From: Cytophagales bacterium
GTDB lineage: Bacteria > Bacteroidota > Bacteroidia > Cytophagales > UBA9547
Direction of reading: 5' to 3'
DNA length: 64,000 nt
Assembly: GCA_013297755.1 (NCBI GenBank)
Contig: JAAFIH010000027.1
Coordinates: 3,666 to 67,665 of the forward strand
This document shows positions 8,804 through 19,771 of this stretch, one piece after another. How positions within the stretch are numbered: the first letter of the stretch is position 1; every line of letters starts with the position of its first letter. The translations under genes were made by a program, and so were the position numbers. The notes beneath the pieces are model-generated. The model saw only the letters and a program-made list of their open reading frames with translations, searched no databases and was not told the origin of the DNA.

Positions 8804-11276
8804 TTCCTTTGGCAGTTTGTAAAGGCACAAATTTCATGTTTTCGAATTTATATTCTGTTTTCGATTCTCTCAAGTTTTCAAATGTCATAGGTGCTATAAT
8901 GTTGCTGGTATTGCTATAAACACGTATGGTAGAGTATGCTTTTAGTTCATCTGATGCAAAGCCATTCATTTGTGTAATTTGTTCTAAAGTCATACTAAAT
9001 TTTTTGGCAATGGTATTGAGGGTTTCTTTGGGTTCTACCACATAAACCATAGCATGTGGCAGATAATTGGCTTTAGAACCTTTGACTAAAAACTCGACTC
9101 TACGATTGAGTTGGCGGCCCCTTAGCGAATGATTGCTGGCTATAGGATTGTCGGCACCCACAGGCGTTACTACAATGGCCAATTCATCAACACCCTTTTG
9201 TATCAAATAATCGTGGCAGGCTTTGGCTCTTTGTTCGGCCAAGTTTTTATTATAATCTACATCGCCATACGAATCTGTGTAGGCCTTTATTTCTATTTTT
9301 GAAACATCTTGGTTTTTATAGAATTTGGCCAAACTATCCATTACAATTTTGCCAGCCGAGGTCAGTTCATAACTATTATAGTCAAAATATACGTTTTCAA
9401 ACGCACCTTTTTTATACTTTTTCTTTATTACTTGTTTTGTTGCCAAATCTATATCTTCAGAAATAGAATCTAGCTTGGTTTCGTCATGCAAAATTTCGTT
9501 TTGATGCTCTGCCACAGTTTCGTCTAGGGTTTTTTCGGATGTTACAACGGCACTTTGTTTGGCTTTCGACATTTTTCTTACATCTTTAAAAAAATCGTCT
9601 TCAGCTTCTGTTGTAACAAAATTATTTTTAATGGCTTGACTGTCTTCTTTATCCAAAACCAATGGTTTTTCGATTAATTTTCCATCGCCATAAAATTTGA
9701 TATTGGTCGAAAATCTAGGGTCGTTGCCCTCTAAAGTAATTTGATAATCCTTACCAGGAGCCATATCATAAAAACGATATTCGCCAGAAGCATCTGTGGT
9801 AGTTTTGTCGATAATCTTACCATCTGCATCTTTTAAATACACAATTGCATTGGCCAAACCTTCGCCAATATCAGTATAAAAAACTTTGCCTTTAGCCTCT
9901 ATTTTATTGAAATTTGCAGTTTCTGTTTTTGATATTTGGCCAATAACGGCTTCTTTGGCATTTCTATTGAATGTGTAAATATCTGTAAGCCCAATGCCAC
10001 CTTTTCGATTGGATACCAAATAGCCTTTGTCTTTGCCCATAATAAAATAAATATCATCTCTACTCGAATTGTATGGAAGACCTAGATTTTCGAGTTTTTC
10101 TTTTTTCAAACCTTTGGCTTTATATACATCCAATCCTCCAAAGCCAATGTATCCATTCGAGGAAATGTAAATTTGCTTTCCAATTGCATCCCAGTAGGGA
10201 GCTATTTCTATGCTTGGGGTGTTTAAATTGGCCACATTGATGGCTGGTCCCCAGTCTTCTTTTTCGCCAGTTTTATCTTTATTTATTACTAACCATATAT
10301 CATGCATACCTTTACCGCCCGATCGTTTTGATACAAAAAGCATAGAATCTGCCTTAGGGGATAAGGTAGGTTGGGCGTTCCAAATGAGGTCGTGGTGCAC
10401 ATCAAAACTAGGATTTACGTTGTCGTTTAGCTTTTGAGGTGGGGTAAATTTGCCATTTACAACTTTGGATACAAAAATAGCACAATTTGGGTCGCAGATG
10501 GTGTAGTAATATTTTTGTCTATCCTTAGTCAATTCGCCAGCACCATCGTCTTTGGTGGTATTTACAATATCAAAATGATCATCGTTGTGGTATCTTTCCC
10601 AACGGTCGCCTTGTTTTTCAAATCTAAAATTATCACTTTTTGATTCTCCAGAGGTTTCATTTAACTCTTTGCCTTTGGCATCTGCTCTGGCCGAAGTAAT
10701 TACAATACAAGAATCGTGTGAAAAAATCATGGGAGCATAGTCAGAGTTTCGTGAGTTTACTGGTGGGGTTAGTACCTTTAAATCCACATCTTTGATGGGT
10801 TTTTTGTACTCTTCTATGGCCATAAGACATCCTTTGTGTTCAAAACTGGCTTCTCTAATTCTAGCTTTGCCTTCGGCATTGGTGGGGCGAAATGTTTTTA
10901 TAAACTTGGCCAAAGAGCTTTCGGCATCGTAGTATTTGCCATTGGTTTTTTGCATTAACCCAAGCCAATAAAGTGCTAAAATGTTTTGTTTATTGTTTTT
11001 TCTTACTATTTTGTCGTAATAAAATTCAGCATCGTCATAGTCATTATTCAAACGACAACTTTCGGCAAGATGCAATTCTACATTGGGGTCATCTTGCTTG
11101 ATTTTGGTGGCTCGCATATATTCTTGTATAGCTTCATAGTATTTTTCATTATAAAAATACTTATCTCCAGCCGAAACATAAGATTTGTATTTGCTCAAAT
11201 CTTTGGTACTAAGCGTTGGCGTATTTTGACCAAAAACAGCGATACTCAAAAATGATAATATAAAATATTTATACAT
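8793..11276 (-). CDS. Large OmpA-family outer-membrane/peptidoglycan-associated protein (TPR + beta-propeller-like + OmpA_C + LysM)
   Basis: It has a signal peptide. The OmpA C-terminal domain reads FENVYFDYNSYELTSAG...NLAEQRAKACHDYLIQKGV...NRRVEFLV. The LysM-like tail is YVVEPKETLNTIAKKFSMTLEQITQMNG. Confidence 0.85.
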   Translation of the reverse strand: MYKYFILSFLSIAVFGQNTPTLSTKDLSKYKSYVSAGDKYFYNEKYYEAIQEYMRATKIKQDDPNVELHLAESCRLNNDYDDAEFYYDKIVRKNNKQNILALYWLGLMQKTNGKYYDAESSLAKFIKTFRPTNAEGKARIREASFEHKGCLMAIEEYKKPIKDVDLKVLTPPVNSRNSDYAPMIFSHDSCIVITSARADAKGKELNETSGESKSDNFRFEKQGDRWERYHNDDHFDIVNTTKDDGAGELTKDRQKYYYTICDPNCAIFVSKVVNGKFTPPQKLNDNVNPSFDVHHDLIWNAQPTLSPKADSMLFVSKRSGGKGMHDIWLVINKDKTGEKEDWGPAINVANLNTPSIEIAPYWDAIGKQIYISSNGYIGFGGLDVYKAKGLKKEKLENLGLPYNSSRDDIYFIMGKDKGYLVSNRKGGIGLTDIYTFNRNAKEAVIGQISKTETANFNKIEAKGKVFYTDIGEGLANAIVYLKDADGKIIDKTTTDASGEYRFYDMAPGKDYQITLEGNDPRFSTNIKFYGDGKLIEKPLVLDKEDSQAIKNNFVTTEAEDDFFKDVRKMSKAKQSAVVTSEKTLDETVAEHQNEILHDETKLDSISEDIDLATKQVIKKKYKKGAFENVYFDYNSYELTSAGKIVMDSLAKFYKNQDVSKIEIKAYTDSYGDVDYNKNLAEQRAKACHDYLIQKGVDELAIVVTPVGADNPIASNHSLRGRQLNRRVEFLVKGSKANYLPHAMVYVVEPKETLNTIAKKFSMTLEQITQMNGFASDELKAYSTIRVYSNTSNIIAPMTFENLRESKTEYKFENMKFVPLQTAKGNGL

Positions 11277-11370
11277 CTTTTTTATTTTGAATTTAAAAGA
11301 TTAAAATTTCAATAGCTAAAAAAATCTTTTTAATTTTTCCATATTTTTATGTATAAACGAATACATAAAA

Positions 11371-11485
11371 GAATGTCTAAAAACCTTAATTCCTATAAAT
11401 CTCTCCCTTTCGTATGCTGAAGCACAATTGCTGAAATTGGTTTGGGTGGAACTTTTATAATTATTTTCAGGGTTTTTATAGGTTC
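11371..11485. repeat. Degenerate copy of the 7824-7940 MITE-like element
   Basis: The left end GAATGTCTAAAAACC and the reverse complement of the right end (GAACCTATAAAAACC) share the TIR core. The interior ...CTCTCCCTTTCG...GCTGAAATTGGTTTGGGTGGAACTTTT parallels the interior of the 7.9-kb copy. Confidence 0.45.
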
Positions 11486-11765
11486 AATTTATTCAATTAA
11501 ATGGATAATTTTAGTTATTTTTAAAACTAATACTACAAATTTAATTATTAAACTTACTTATACAATATTTTATTTAAACAAATTACAAAAGAACTACAAT
11601 TAAATCACTTTAAAATTTAGAAAATTGTTTGATTTAGTACATTTGATAACCAGGAAACTTCTTAAAACTACCTTTAATATTTCTAAAAAAAAGAATAAAA
11701 TCTGATTAAGGATGAGCTAAGAATAGATGTAAGCGCCAATAAAATATAAAAGTTTTTTTTACTGA

Positions 11766-14048
11766 TCAAATATCACCAGCTTTGTTTTCGCTTTTTGGCA
11801 CATACATAGATGGATTTGCAGCCGCTGAATCAGCCAAGATTGTGCCTGAATATTTGCCACAATTTAATTCAAGATTAAAATTATCAGGTCTTGTAAAAGG
11901 GACTTTGGGTAAGTTTATAGATTTGTCAGTATAAATACTGCTCATAAATTCACCAAAAACTGGCATAGCTAGCCGTGCACCTTGCCCAAAGTTGAAATCT
12001 CTAAAATGGATGCTTCTGTCATCGCCACCTACCCAGACTGCAGTTACTAATTTTTGGGTAACGCCCACATACCAACCATCCGAAAAATTTTGTGTTGTAC
12101 CCGTTTTGCCACCAATATCGTTTCCGCCAAATATATTTGGATAACGATACAATCCCAAAGAAGTGCCACCACGCTCTTCTATGCCACCTTTGAGCATGTG
12201 TAGCATGGTGTAAGCGGTTTCTTCGTTGAGAGCTTCTGATGTTACAGGCAAAAATTCCTGTATAATATTACCATTTTTGTCTTCTATTTTAGTAATAAAT
12301 TGAGGTTCTGTATATGTCCCCTTGTTGGCAAATGTGCTGTAAGCACCTGCTAATTCATAAATAGAAACATCAGAAATACCCAAACAAAGGGCAGGTACAG
12401 CGTCTATCTGACCTTTGAAACCTAGTTTTTTGGCATATTGCACCACCATATCTGGGCCAATACGTTTCATCAATAAGGCAGCCACAGTGTTCATAGAGCG
12501 AGCCATGGCTTGTCGTAGGGTTAGCATCTCGCCAGTAGAGGGGCCATCAGAGTTTTGGGGAGTCCAGGTAGATTGAGTGTCTTCTATATAAAACGAAACA
12601 GGCGAATCTTGAACTTTCTGACAGGGATGAAAACCATTGTCCATGGCTGCACAATATAAAATAGGCTTAAAAGTAGAACCTGGTTGGCGTTTACTTTGCT
12701 TTACATGGTCGTATTTAAAATATTTGTGATTGATACCACCTACCCAAGCTTTGATAAATCCTGTTTGGGGTTCGATAGCAACCATTCCAGCTTGCAATAT
12801 TTTTTTGTAATACAGCATAGAATCAATAGAACTAAACATTGTATCACGGTCGCCACCCCAAGCAAAAACTTTCATTTTTCTTTTTTTAGTAAGATAATAT
12901 TGTATTGAATCTTGATTATTTTCGTATAATCCTCTTAGATAAGCGTAAGTTTCGGTTCTTTTGATAGATGTTTCGGCAAAGCCTTTGATTTCTTTCATGT
13001 CTTGGTCTACCCATGGATTGCGACCTTTCCAGTGGATATAAAATTGATTTTGGATGTACTTCATGTGTTTTTCTACGGCTTTTTCAGCATGTGTTTGCAT
13101 ACGTGAATCAATGGTAGTATACACCTTGAGGCCATCAGCATATAAATCTAATTTGCGGGCTTTGCACCAAGAAAGTAGCCAATTATTGGCCACAGATCTA
13201 AAGTAAGTAGCTATGCCTTGGTTATGATTTTCGACCGAATATTTAAGATTTAGGGGTTCAGCTTTAAATTTAATGGCATCGTCTTTTGTAAAATAATTAT
13301 ATTTTTCCATTTGGTCTATCACAGTATTTCTTCGCAATATGGCACGATCTGGATTGTTGATTGGGCTGTATAGCGATGGAGCTTTGAGCATACCAGTAAG
13401 CAAAGCCGCTTGAGGAATAGTAAGTTTTTCGGGACTTGTGTTAAAAAATGTTTCAGAAGCCACTTTTATACCAGCTGCATTGCTCCCAAAATCTACTGAA
13501 TTGAGATACATCGTAATGATTTCTTTTTTGGTGTAAGCCCTCTCAATTTTTATGGCTGTAATCCATTCTTTGGTTTTGATCATAACCATGTCCAACATTT
13601 TGGAATAGCCATGTAGCCAACCACTGTATTTGGATGTGCGTGTGTCAAACAAATTTTTGGCCAACTGCTGTGAAATAGTGCTAGAACCCTTTTTTTTGCC
13701 CATTATTAAGTAAAAAGGTATAGAAACAATGGCTCTAAAATCAATACCTGGATGAGACTCAAATCTTACATCTTCGGTTGCAACTAGGGCATTGAGCATA
13801 TTTTTTGAAATATTTTCAAACATCACAGGACTGCGATTTTCTCTAAAATATTTGCCCATTTCTACTCCATCAGCCGAATATAGCACTGAGGCCACCTCAC
13901 TTTTTGGGTTTTCGAGTACTTCTAAACTAGGCATTTCGCCACTGAGGCCCATAAAGTTATTACTAATTGCAACCACATGAAGTACTACAAATAGTATTGA
14001 AGCCAAAAAAATAATCCATGTATATTTGATAAGTTTTGGTATAAACAT
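11766..14048 (-). CDS. mrcA: Class A penicillin-binding protein 1A (transglycosylase/transpeptidase)
   Basis: The GT51 motif is ATEDVRFESHPGIDFRA. The transpeptidase motifs STFK, SMN and KTGTT are present. There is an N-terminal membrane anchor. Confidence 0.9.
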   Translation of the reverse strand: MFIPKLIKYTWIIFLASILFVVLHVVAISNNFMGLSGEMPSLEVLENPKSEVASVLYSADGVEMGKYFRENRSPVMFENISKNMLNALVATEDVRFESHPGIDFRAIVSIPFYLIMGKKKGSSTISQQLAKNLFDTRTSKYSGWLHGYSKMLDMVMIKTKEWITAIKIERAYTKKEIITMYLNSVDFGSNAAGIKVASETFFNTSPEKLTIPQAALLTGMLKAPSLYSPINNPDRAILRRNTVIDQMEKYNYFTKDDAIKFKAEPLNLKYSVENHNQGIATYFRSVANNWLLSWCKARKLDLYADGLKVYTTIDSRMQTHAEKAVEKHMKYIQNQFYIHWKGRNPWVDQDMKEIKGFAETSIKRTETYAYLRGLYENNQDSIQYYLTKKRKMKVFAWGGDRDTMFSSIDSMLYYKKILQAGMVAIEPQTGFIKAWVGGINHKYFKYDHVKQSKRQPGSTFKPILYCAAMDNGFHPCQKVQDSPVSFYIEDTQSTWTPQNSDGPSTGEMLTLRQAMARSMNTVAALLMKRIGPDMVVQYAKKLGFKGQIDAVPALCLGISDVSIYELAGAYSTFANKGTYTEPQFITKIEDKNGNIIQEFLPVTSEALNEETAYTMLHMLKGGIEERGGTSLGLYRYPNIFGGNDIGGKTGTTQNFSDGWYVGVTQKLVTAVWVGGDDRSIHFRDFNFGQGARLAMPVFGEFMSSIYTDKSINLPKVPFTRPDNFNLELNCGKYSGTILADSAAANPSMYVPKSENKAGDI

Positions 14049-14228
14049 AGTTTGATTGTTGTAATTGTGGTGCTAAATTAGTTTTTTAAAAATAATTAAA
14101 GGTAAAAAAGCTAAAAATAGTTTTACAAGATTTTTCTAATTGTTGCAAATGATTATTTTATTGTAGAAGTAGCAACTTTTTCTTTCATCAAAAATGTAAA
14201 AAAATAAATATTTTCCAATCCTCAATAT

Positions 14229-15146
14229 TCAATTTGGGTTTACATCTATCGATGCACCTTCGTATTTTTTTTCTTGTTTTTTTCTTGTAAAAGTAATATC
14301 AATCTTACCTAGTTTGATACCAGCCCAGCCCACTTGAGCTATCATGGTTCTAAATCCTTCTTTGTTTTGGGTAACCATGGGTTGGTCTAAAAATGTATGT
14401 GTATGAGCCCCCAAAATTAGGTCTATGCCTGATACTTTTTGGGCTAAAATGGTGTCAGAAATCTTTTTTTCATCGTATCTAAAACCCAAGTGCGAGAGGC
14501 AAACCACTAAATCACATCCTTTTTTGGTAAGATCATATACCATTTCTTTGGCTTTTTCTACAGGGTCTAGGTATATTGTGTTTTCGTGCAGTTGAGTAGG
14601 TACAAGTCCTTCAAACTCTATGCCAAGCCCAAAAACGCCTATTTTTAAATTTTGTTTTTCAAATATTTTGTAAGGTTTAAAATAATCTTTGAATCCATTA
14701 TTTTTAAAATCGTAGTTGGCTACGAGCAAAGGAAAATTGGCGTGAGGTAGCATTTGTTGCAATCCTTTGAGGCCATTATCAAAATCGTGATTGCCAAGGG
14801 TGCTGGCATCGTAGCCCATTTGGCTCATTATTTTATATTCTAATTCTCCACCAAAATAATTGAAATATGGTGTACCCTGAAAAACATCTCCTGAGTCTAA
14901 TAAAAGCACATTTTTAGTAAGAGAGCGTATTTTTTTTATTAAAGTAGCCCTACGTGCCATGCCGCCCATGCCGCCATATTTGCGTCCATCGTTGGGGAAG
15001 GGGTCTATGCGAGAGTGCATATCGTTGGTATGCAAAATAGTAAGATTTATCTCTTCGGTGTCGCCAGCCCACGATGGTATATGGTTGGCAACTATGATAC
15101 CGCCAGTGGCAAGTGTGGCTTGTTGTATAAAATCTCTTCTATTCAT
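14229..15146 (-). CDS. Metallophosphoesterase half of a 5'-nucleotidase (UshA N-domain-like) with Tat-type signal
   Basis: The twin-arginine leader is MNRRDFIQQATLATGG. Metallophosphatase motifs are ILHTNDMHS, SGDVFQGT and GNHDFD. Confidence 0.85.
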   Translation of the reverse strand: MNRRDFIQQATLATGGIIVANHIPSWAGDTEEINLTILHTNDMHSRIDPFPNDGRKYGGMGGMARRATLIKKIRSLTKNVLLLDSGDVFQGTPYFNYFGGELEYKIMSQMGYDASTLGNHDFDNGLKGLQQMLPHANFPLLVANYDFKNNGFKDYFKPYKIFEKQNLKIGVFGLGIEFEGLVPTQLHENTIYLDPVEKAKEMVYDLTKKGCDLVVCLSHLGFRYDEKKISDTILAQKVSGIDLILGAHTHTFLDQPMVTQNKEGFRTMIAQVGWAGIKLGKIDITFTRKKQEKKYEGASIDVNPN

Positions 15147-15154
15147 CGTATAGG

Positions 15155-15904
15155 TTATTCAATAATTAAACGTCCTGATATTGTGGGTTGGATGGTATCT
15201 TTTAGGGCTGTATGCTCTTCAAAATATTGGATGAGCAAATCTCTTAATTTAAGATTTAGTTTGGTTTGCTTTACAGCTTTGATAAAAGCAGGTTCGCTAG
15301 AGGCCATATAATCGCTCATGGCTATAGTGTATGTTTGGTTGGTGTCTAGTGGGTTGCCATTGATGTAGGCTTCGCTCAAATATTTGCCTTTGGCTTTTAC
15401 TTTTGTATTAGAAATATGCAATTTTTTGCCAATCTGATAGTTAAAATATTCTTTCATTTGTTTTCCCGAAAGTTCTACCAAAACGAGTTCGTTTTCAAAA
15501 GGCATTAACTCAAACACATGACCTACAGTAATTTTACCTTTTGGCAAGGGCGACCGCAAACCACCATTGTTTACAGCTCCCATATCTACTTTGGCAGAGG
15601 TAAGTTTTTGTGCTTTTTGTTGAATAGCATCAGCCACAAAATTGCCAAGCAAAGATTCGCCTTCGGTTTTGGTAAAGGCTACTTTGGTATATCCAATTTG
15701 GCGATTCATGATGGCATCTAGTTTTTGCCTAAAAGGTCTTATTTGTGCGTCTATGGCACTATCTGGTACTATGGTGCTATCTATTTTTATAGATTTATTG
15801 TTGTAAGCTCCTGGTTTGAGAGGATTTTTACAACTTATAAGGAAGAAAAGCAAGCATATTGTTGATACAATTTGCTTACTTTTTGTTTTATTTAAAATAG
15901 ACAT
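15155..15904 (-). CDS. 5'-nucleotidase C-terminal (substrate-binding) domain lipoprotein
   Basis: The lipobox is LFFLISCKNP. GNFVADAI...GGLRSPLPKGKITVGHVFELMPFENELV is typical of the 5_nucleotid_C domain. Confidence 0.8.
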   Translation of the reverse strand: MSILNKTKSKQIVSTICLLFFLISCKNPLKPGAYNNKSIKIDSTIVPDSAIDAQIRPFRQKLDAIMNRQIGYTKVAFTKTEGESLLGNFVADAIQQKAQKLTSAKVDMGAVNNGGLRSPLPKGKITVGHVFELMPFENELVLVELSGKQMKEYFNYQIGKKLHISNTKVKAKGKYLSEAYINGNPLDTNQTYTIAMSDYMASSEPAFIKAVKQTKLNLKLRDLLIQYFEEHTALKDTIQPTISGRLIIE

Positions 15905-15905
15905 A

Positions 15906-18464
15906 TTATTTTACAATAACTAATTTTAATTTTTGTGATTTTAATTCAGTATCTATGCTTATGTAGTATAAACCTGCTTTAAAATTAGACAAATTTATGG
16001 TTTCATAGCTATTTTTTGTAGAATATTTTAAAACTTCATTTCCCAGTACATCAAAGAAAGAAATGTTGGAATGGGGGAGTAAACCATCAAATATGACTTC
16101 GTTTTGTGCAGGATTTGGATACATATTAATACTAGGATGTATAGCTTGGTTGCTATCGAAACCAGTGGTGCAAGTGGCAGTATGGCTGCCAAGTCCACTA
16201 AAAACATCTACTCCTACAGTTTCCCACTCTAGGTTGGGGTCGAATGTATCGTTTTCGTTTTTGCGACCAGTGCAAACAGATGCTTTTCTTCTCAATGTTT
16301 GGTTTGCTGTACTTACAGAGCCACCCACCCAAGCTACACCTGGGTCGAATCCTTTTTGGCCGATAATATCAACCACAGTATTGTTTTGCAGCAACACTAC
16401 TGCATCGTTTCCATTAAAGAAATATAGCCCTAGTTGGTTGTGGTTGATGCCAGCAATTACGCCATTGGCATTTGTAACTAAATATACGCCACCAGGAGCA
16501 ATGGTTCCAGTAAGTAAAGTTTCGTCTGAGAGTGCAGTAGCACCATTGCCATATCTGGCAGTTTTGAAACCATTGGTGGCCAAATCTACCGCAAAAGTAT
16601 TGGGGTTGTATATTTCCAAAAATTTAGAACTGCCAGAGGTTACTTCTACATATTCGGAGAAAAACAAATTAATATCAGTTCCTACAGGGGGTGCGTCTGC
16701 ATAAATCAATGAAATTGGTTTTATTTCAGTGGCTAAGCCACCGCCCGAAATGGTAATGTTGCCATTGAGTACTGCTGTGGTAAATGGATTTGGTACTTTT
16801 ACATAGATATTTGTAAGACCAATCGAGCCATTTGTGGCCGTAAGTGCAATACTAGAACCAAAACCAGTGGCCGAATTTAAAGAAATCAAAATGCCATTTT
16901 CGGCAGTAAGGGTAGGATTGCCAGTAAGTTTAGTAGCCATAAAACTCATGGCTAGGGCAGTATTTGTAGCTGGTGATAGTTCTATTGGGTCGTTGAAAAT
17001 ATTTAATTCATAGCCAGACAAAGTAGCTGGTGGGGGAGTGATTTCGGTTTTGAAGATGATATTATCTACTATCCACCTTACTGCATTGTTGTTGGAGGCA
17101 CTAGAGTTATATTTAAAACCAAAATAAATAGAACTTTGATTGAATCCTGTCAGGGTAGTTGATGAGTTAGCAGTCATTTCAGTAGTTGTAGTAGTGTTTG
17201 CTCCTGCAAGCGATACACCATCGAGGGGTGTCCAGGTGGCAGTAGCTGCATTAGTACCATTGTAGTTTGTGCTATAAAAAACTTTCATTTGTGGGTGGGG
17301 CAGGCCACTATCTATGAATTTACTTTTGTTGCTAAATTCTAAAATTGTAGTGCCAGTGGCAGTAGCTAAGTTTAGGTTAGGACTAATCAGCCAACCCTCG
17401 CCACCAGGTGCTGTTGATGTAGCAGAAATGCGTCCATTGGCTTCCATCTGTCCACCGCCAAAAGTAGAGCATCTCCAGCTAAGACCAGTGATAGTTACAA
17501 TTTGCCATCCAAATTGTAGGGTAGGGCAACCAGCAAAATCTTGTGCCAAAATAGTTTGAAACAATGGGCCTGTGGTGGTATTTATACCAATCGTTGTGTT
17601 TACGCCAGGGCTTGTATTTACGCCAATCGTTGTATTTACGCCAGTGCTCGAAGAGGTAGCAAAACCCCAAATTTTGCCTGCCCATTGTGGGTTGTCTATA
17701 AATGGATTTCGGTTGTTTTGAACACCATAAACAGCATTATTTCTAGCAATTTCTTTGGCAGATACAGGATCTTGATTGTGCCATTTGGCCAATACATTCA
17801 AAAACCAAACATCGTACACAGGAAACGAAGACCCATCGAGCACATTGCCAGCATTTCCATTATTTACCCATCCACCAATCAGATTTTCGTAGGCAGTAGC
17901 CATATAAAAATATGTACGTGCAAAATCTCCTTTATACTCATCCAAGGGTTCAAAAACAGTGCCTGTATAGCCTGGCGATTTGCTACCACCTAGTTTGCTG
18001 CCGTTTCTAGTAGTGGTTGTGGCAGAACCTACTTCGCCAAACGGAAAATTACTTCTTATGCCATTGACTTTGCCATCTGTGGGATAAAGATGAAAAACAT
18101 CTGATTTCATAGGTGAGGCACTATTAAACCAACTTTGAGGAAACGAATGTTCTCGGTTGTAGCAATCGCCTTCATCTTTATAGCTACCACAATTACCACT
18201 TCCATAACTGTATTCGTAAGGTGGAGTGCCACCAGGTATATCCGAGTACATATCCCACACTTTGCCATTGGCTTTGCGGTCGGTCGTTTGAAATGCAGTA
18301 TAAAGCCCATCATAACTTGGTACTGATTTAGTTTTAATAATATTGTATAGTGCAGTTTTCAAGGCTGCACCCTCTTGAGTGTTGATGGTGCTATAATATC
18401 CATTTGGGATTTGAGCAAACCCACAAAAGCTAATTCCTATTAAAAATATATAAAAATTTTTCAT
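15906..18464 (-). CDS. Secreted endonuclease I family nuclease with lamin-tail (LTD) domain and T9SS C-terminal sorting domain
   Basis: Endonuclease I motifs are NREHSFPQSWF and DVFHLYPTDGKVNGIRSNFPFGEV. The LTD-like region is LFFSEYVEVTSGSSKFLEIYNPN. The CTD is MYPNPAQNEVIF...GLYYISIDTELKSQKLKLVIVK. I prefer the start at M17 (MKNFYIFLIG..., ATG at 18464) over the track start at 18512. Confidence 0.85.
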   Translation of the reverse strand: MKNFYIFLIGISFCGFAQIPNGYYSTINTQEGAALKTALYNIIKTKSVPSYDGLYTAFQTTDRKANGKVWDMYSDIPGGTPPYEYSYGSGNCGSYKDEGDCYNREHSFPQSWFNSASPMKSDVFHLYPTDGKVNGIRSNFPFGEVGSATTTTRNGSKLGGSKSPGYTGTVFEPLDEYKGDFARTYFYMATAYENLIGGWVNNGNAGNVLDGSSFPVYDVWFLNVLAKWHNQDPVSAKEIARNNAVYGVQNNRNPFIDNPQWAGKIWGFATSSSTGVNTTIGVNTSPGVNTTIGINTTTGPLFQTILAQDFAGCPTLQFGWQIVTITGLSWRCSTFGGGQMEANGRISATSTAPGGEGWLISPNLNLATATGTTILEFSNKSKFIDSGLPHPQMKVFYSTNYNGTNAATATWTPLDGVSLAGANTTTTTEMTANSSTTLTGFNQSSIYFGFKYNSSASNNNAVRWIVDNIIFKTEITPPPATLSGYELNIFNDPIELSPATNTALAMSFMATKLTGNPTLTAENGILISLNSATGFGSSIALTATNGSIGLTNIYVKVPNPFTTAVLNGNITISGGGLATEIKPISLIYADAPPVGTDINLFFSEYVEVTSGSSKFLEIYNPNTFAVDLATNGFKTARYGNGATALSDETLLTGTIAPGGVYLVTNANGVIAGINHNQLGLYFFNGNDAVVLLQNNTVVDIIGQKGFDPGVAWVGGSVSTANQTLRRKASVCTGRKNENDTFDPNLEWETVGVDVFSGLGSHTATCTTGFDSNQAIHPSINMYPNPAQNEVIFDGLLPHSNISFFDVLGNEVLKYSTKNSYETINLSNFKAGLYYISIDTELKSQKLKLVIVK

Positions 18465-18741
18465 AAATAAATTGTTTTTTTTGCAAATATATTTAATTTT
18501 GAAATAGTACAAAATTAAGAAATTGTTATGTTACTTATCTATTGTTAATTTCTTGTTAAATGTACCTCAAAAAAAGAGATATTATTTTATTAACAATTAA
18601 ATAACAAAAATTTAATATTAGTATAAGTATCTGATAATCAATGTTTTATAGTATTTTATAGGATGCTATATTTTTAAAATATTACTCACTATTGTATAAG
18701 TGATATTTTAAAATAACATTTGTATATCATAACTATCTACT

Positions 18742-19707
18742 ATGAGCAAAATTATACTATTTGTATGTTTATTGATTTTTAATATAATTTCTTACAGCCA
18801 AAAATTGATGAATCACAAAGCACCTTTGCACCATGATTCGCACATACGCTCTTCTCATTCTATCAAATTTCCTTGGGGCATATTTTTTGGCGTAGGTTCA
18901 AATTCTTACTATGGCGACCTCAGTGGTTTTCGACATTCGTTCAAAGCCATCAATTATCAATTTACTGCTGGTGTGTCTTACAGGTTCAATAAAAGATTTG
19001 CTACTCAAGTATCTTACAGAATTTTGAGGCTTAGGGCTTCTGACGAAGAATCATCTATAGAATCGATAGGACGCAAAAAAAGAAACCTTAGTTTTGCATC
19101 TATGGTACACGAGTTTGGTATCTGTGGTACTTTCGATTTGTTTAATTTTGATTTCAGACGAACCCCAGACTACTCTCATGCTACTGGATTTTTTCCATAT
19201 CTCTTGGCTGGTGTTGGGGTTATCAATTATAATCCTACGGCAGAGTTTGAAGGACAAAATTATGATTTGAGATCATTAAAAACCAGCCGTGAAAAACAAC
19301 AAGGCCTCACTTACAGCAGTTGGGCTGGATATTATACTTATGGCGTAGGTGGCAAAATAAAAGTAAGTTCGTTTATTTGTTTTGGTATGGAACTAACCTA
19401 CACCAATACCCTTACAGATTACCTTGACGATGTAGGTTCTGGCACTCACTACCCTACAAACAACAATGATCCAAATTTTGTAAACACCATAGAAGGGCAT
19501 CTAGCAGATAGAAGCCTAGAATCTCCACTCAACACTAGCCGCAGAGAAGATGGTGGGCTGCGCTCCTTTGACATCAAAGGTGGCCGAAACGATGGATATT
19601 TTGCAATAACTCTTAAAATAGACTATGCTTTCAATAGCTGGGGCAATATATTTAATGAAAAAGCAAGCCATTTCAGAAGAAGAGATACACCGTTCCATAA
19701 ACACTAA
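18742..19707 (+). CDS. Putative outer-membrane beta-barrel protein (porin-family-like)
   Basis: It has a signal peptide and alternating aromatic/hydrophilic beta-strand-like segments (GVSYRFNKRFATQVSYRI, GMELTYTNTLTDY). No enzymatic motif was recognised. Confidence 0.45.
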   Translation: MSKIILFVCLLIFNIISYSQKLMNHKAPLHHDSHIRSSHSIKFPWGIFFGVGSNSYYGDLSGFRHSFKAINYQFTAGVSYRFNKRFATQVSYRILRLRASDEESSIESIGRKKRNLSFASMVHEFGICGTFDLFNFDFRRTPDYSHATGFFPYLLAGVGVINYNPTAEFEGQNYDLRSLKTSREKQQGLTYSSWAGYYTYGVGGKIKVSSFICFGMELTYTNTLTDYLDDVGSGTHYPTNNNDPNFVNTIEGHLADRSLESPLNTSRREDGGLRSFDIKGGRNDGYFAITLKIDYAFNSWGNIFNEKASHFRRRDTPFHKH

Positions 19708-19771
19708 AAGCCCCCTAGCCCCCGAAGGGGGAATAAAAGTAGGTTGGTAGTTGCCTTCGGCATGGTAGAAT

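Noticed and set aside
16063-16704. 213-aa plus-strand ORF; similar long antisense ORFs occur inside the giant genes (e.g. 21049-21285, 24379-24816, 49035-49421, 53914-54375)
   Set aside because: These are shadow ORFs on the strand opposite confidently assigned CDSs with strong motifs. Their translations are low-complexity (P/V/A/S-rich) with no start context.
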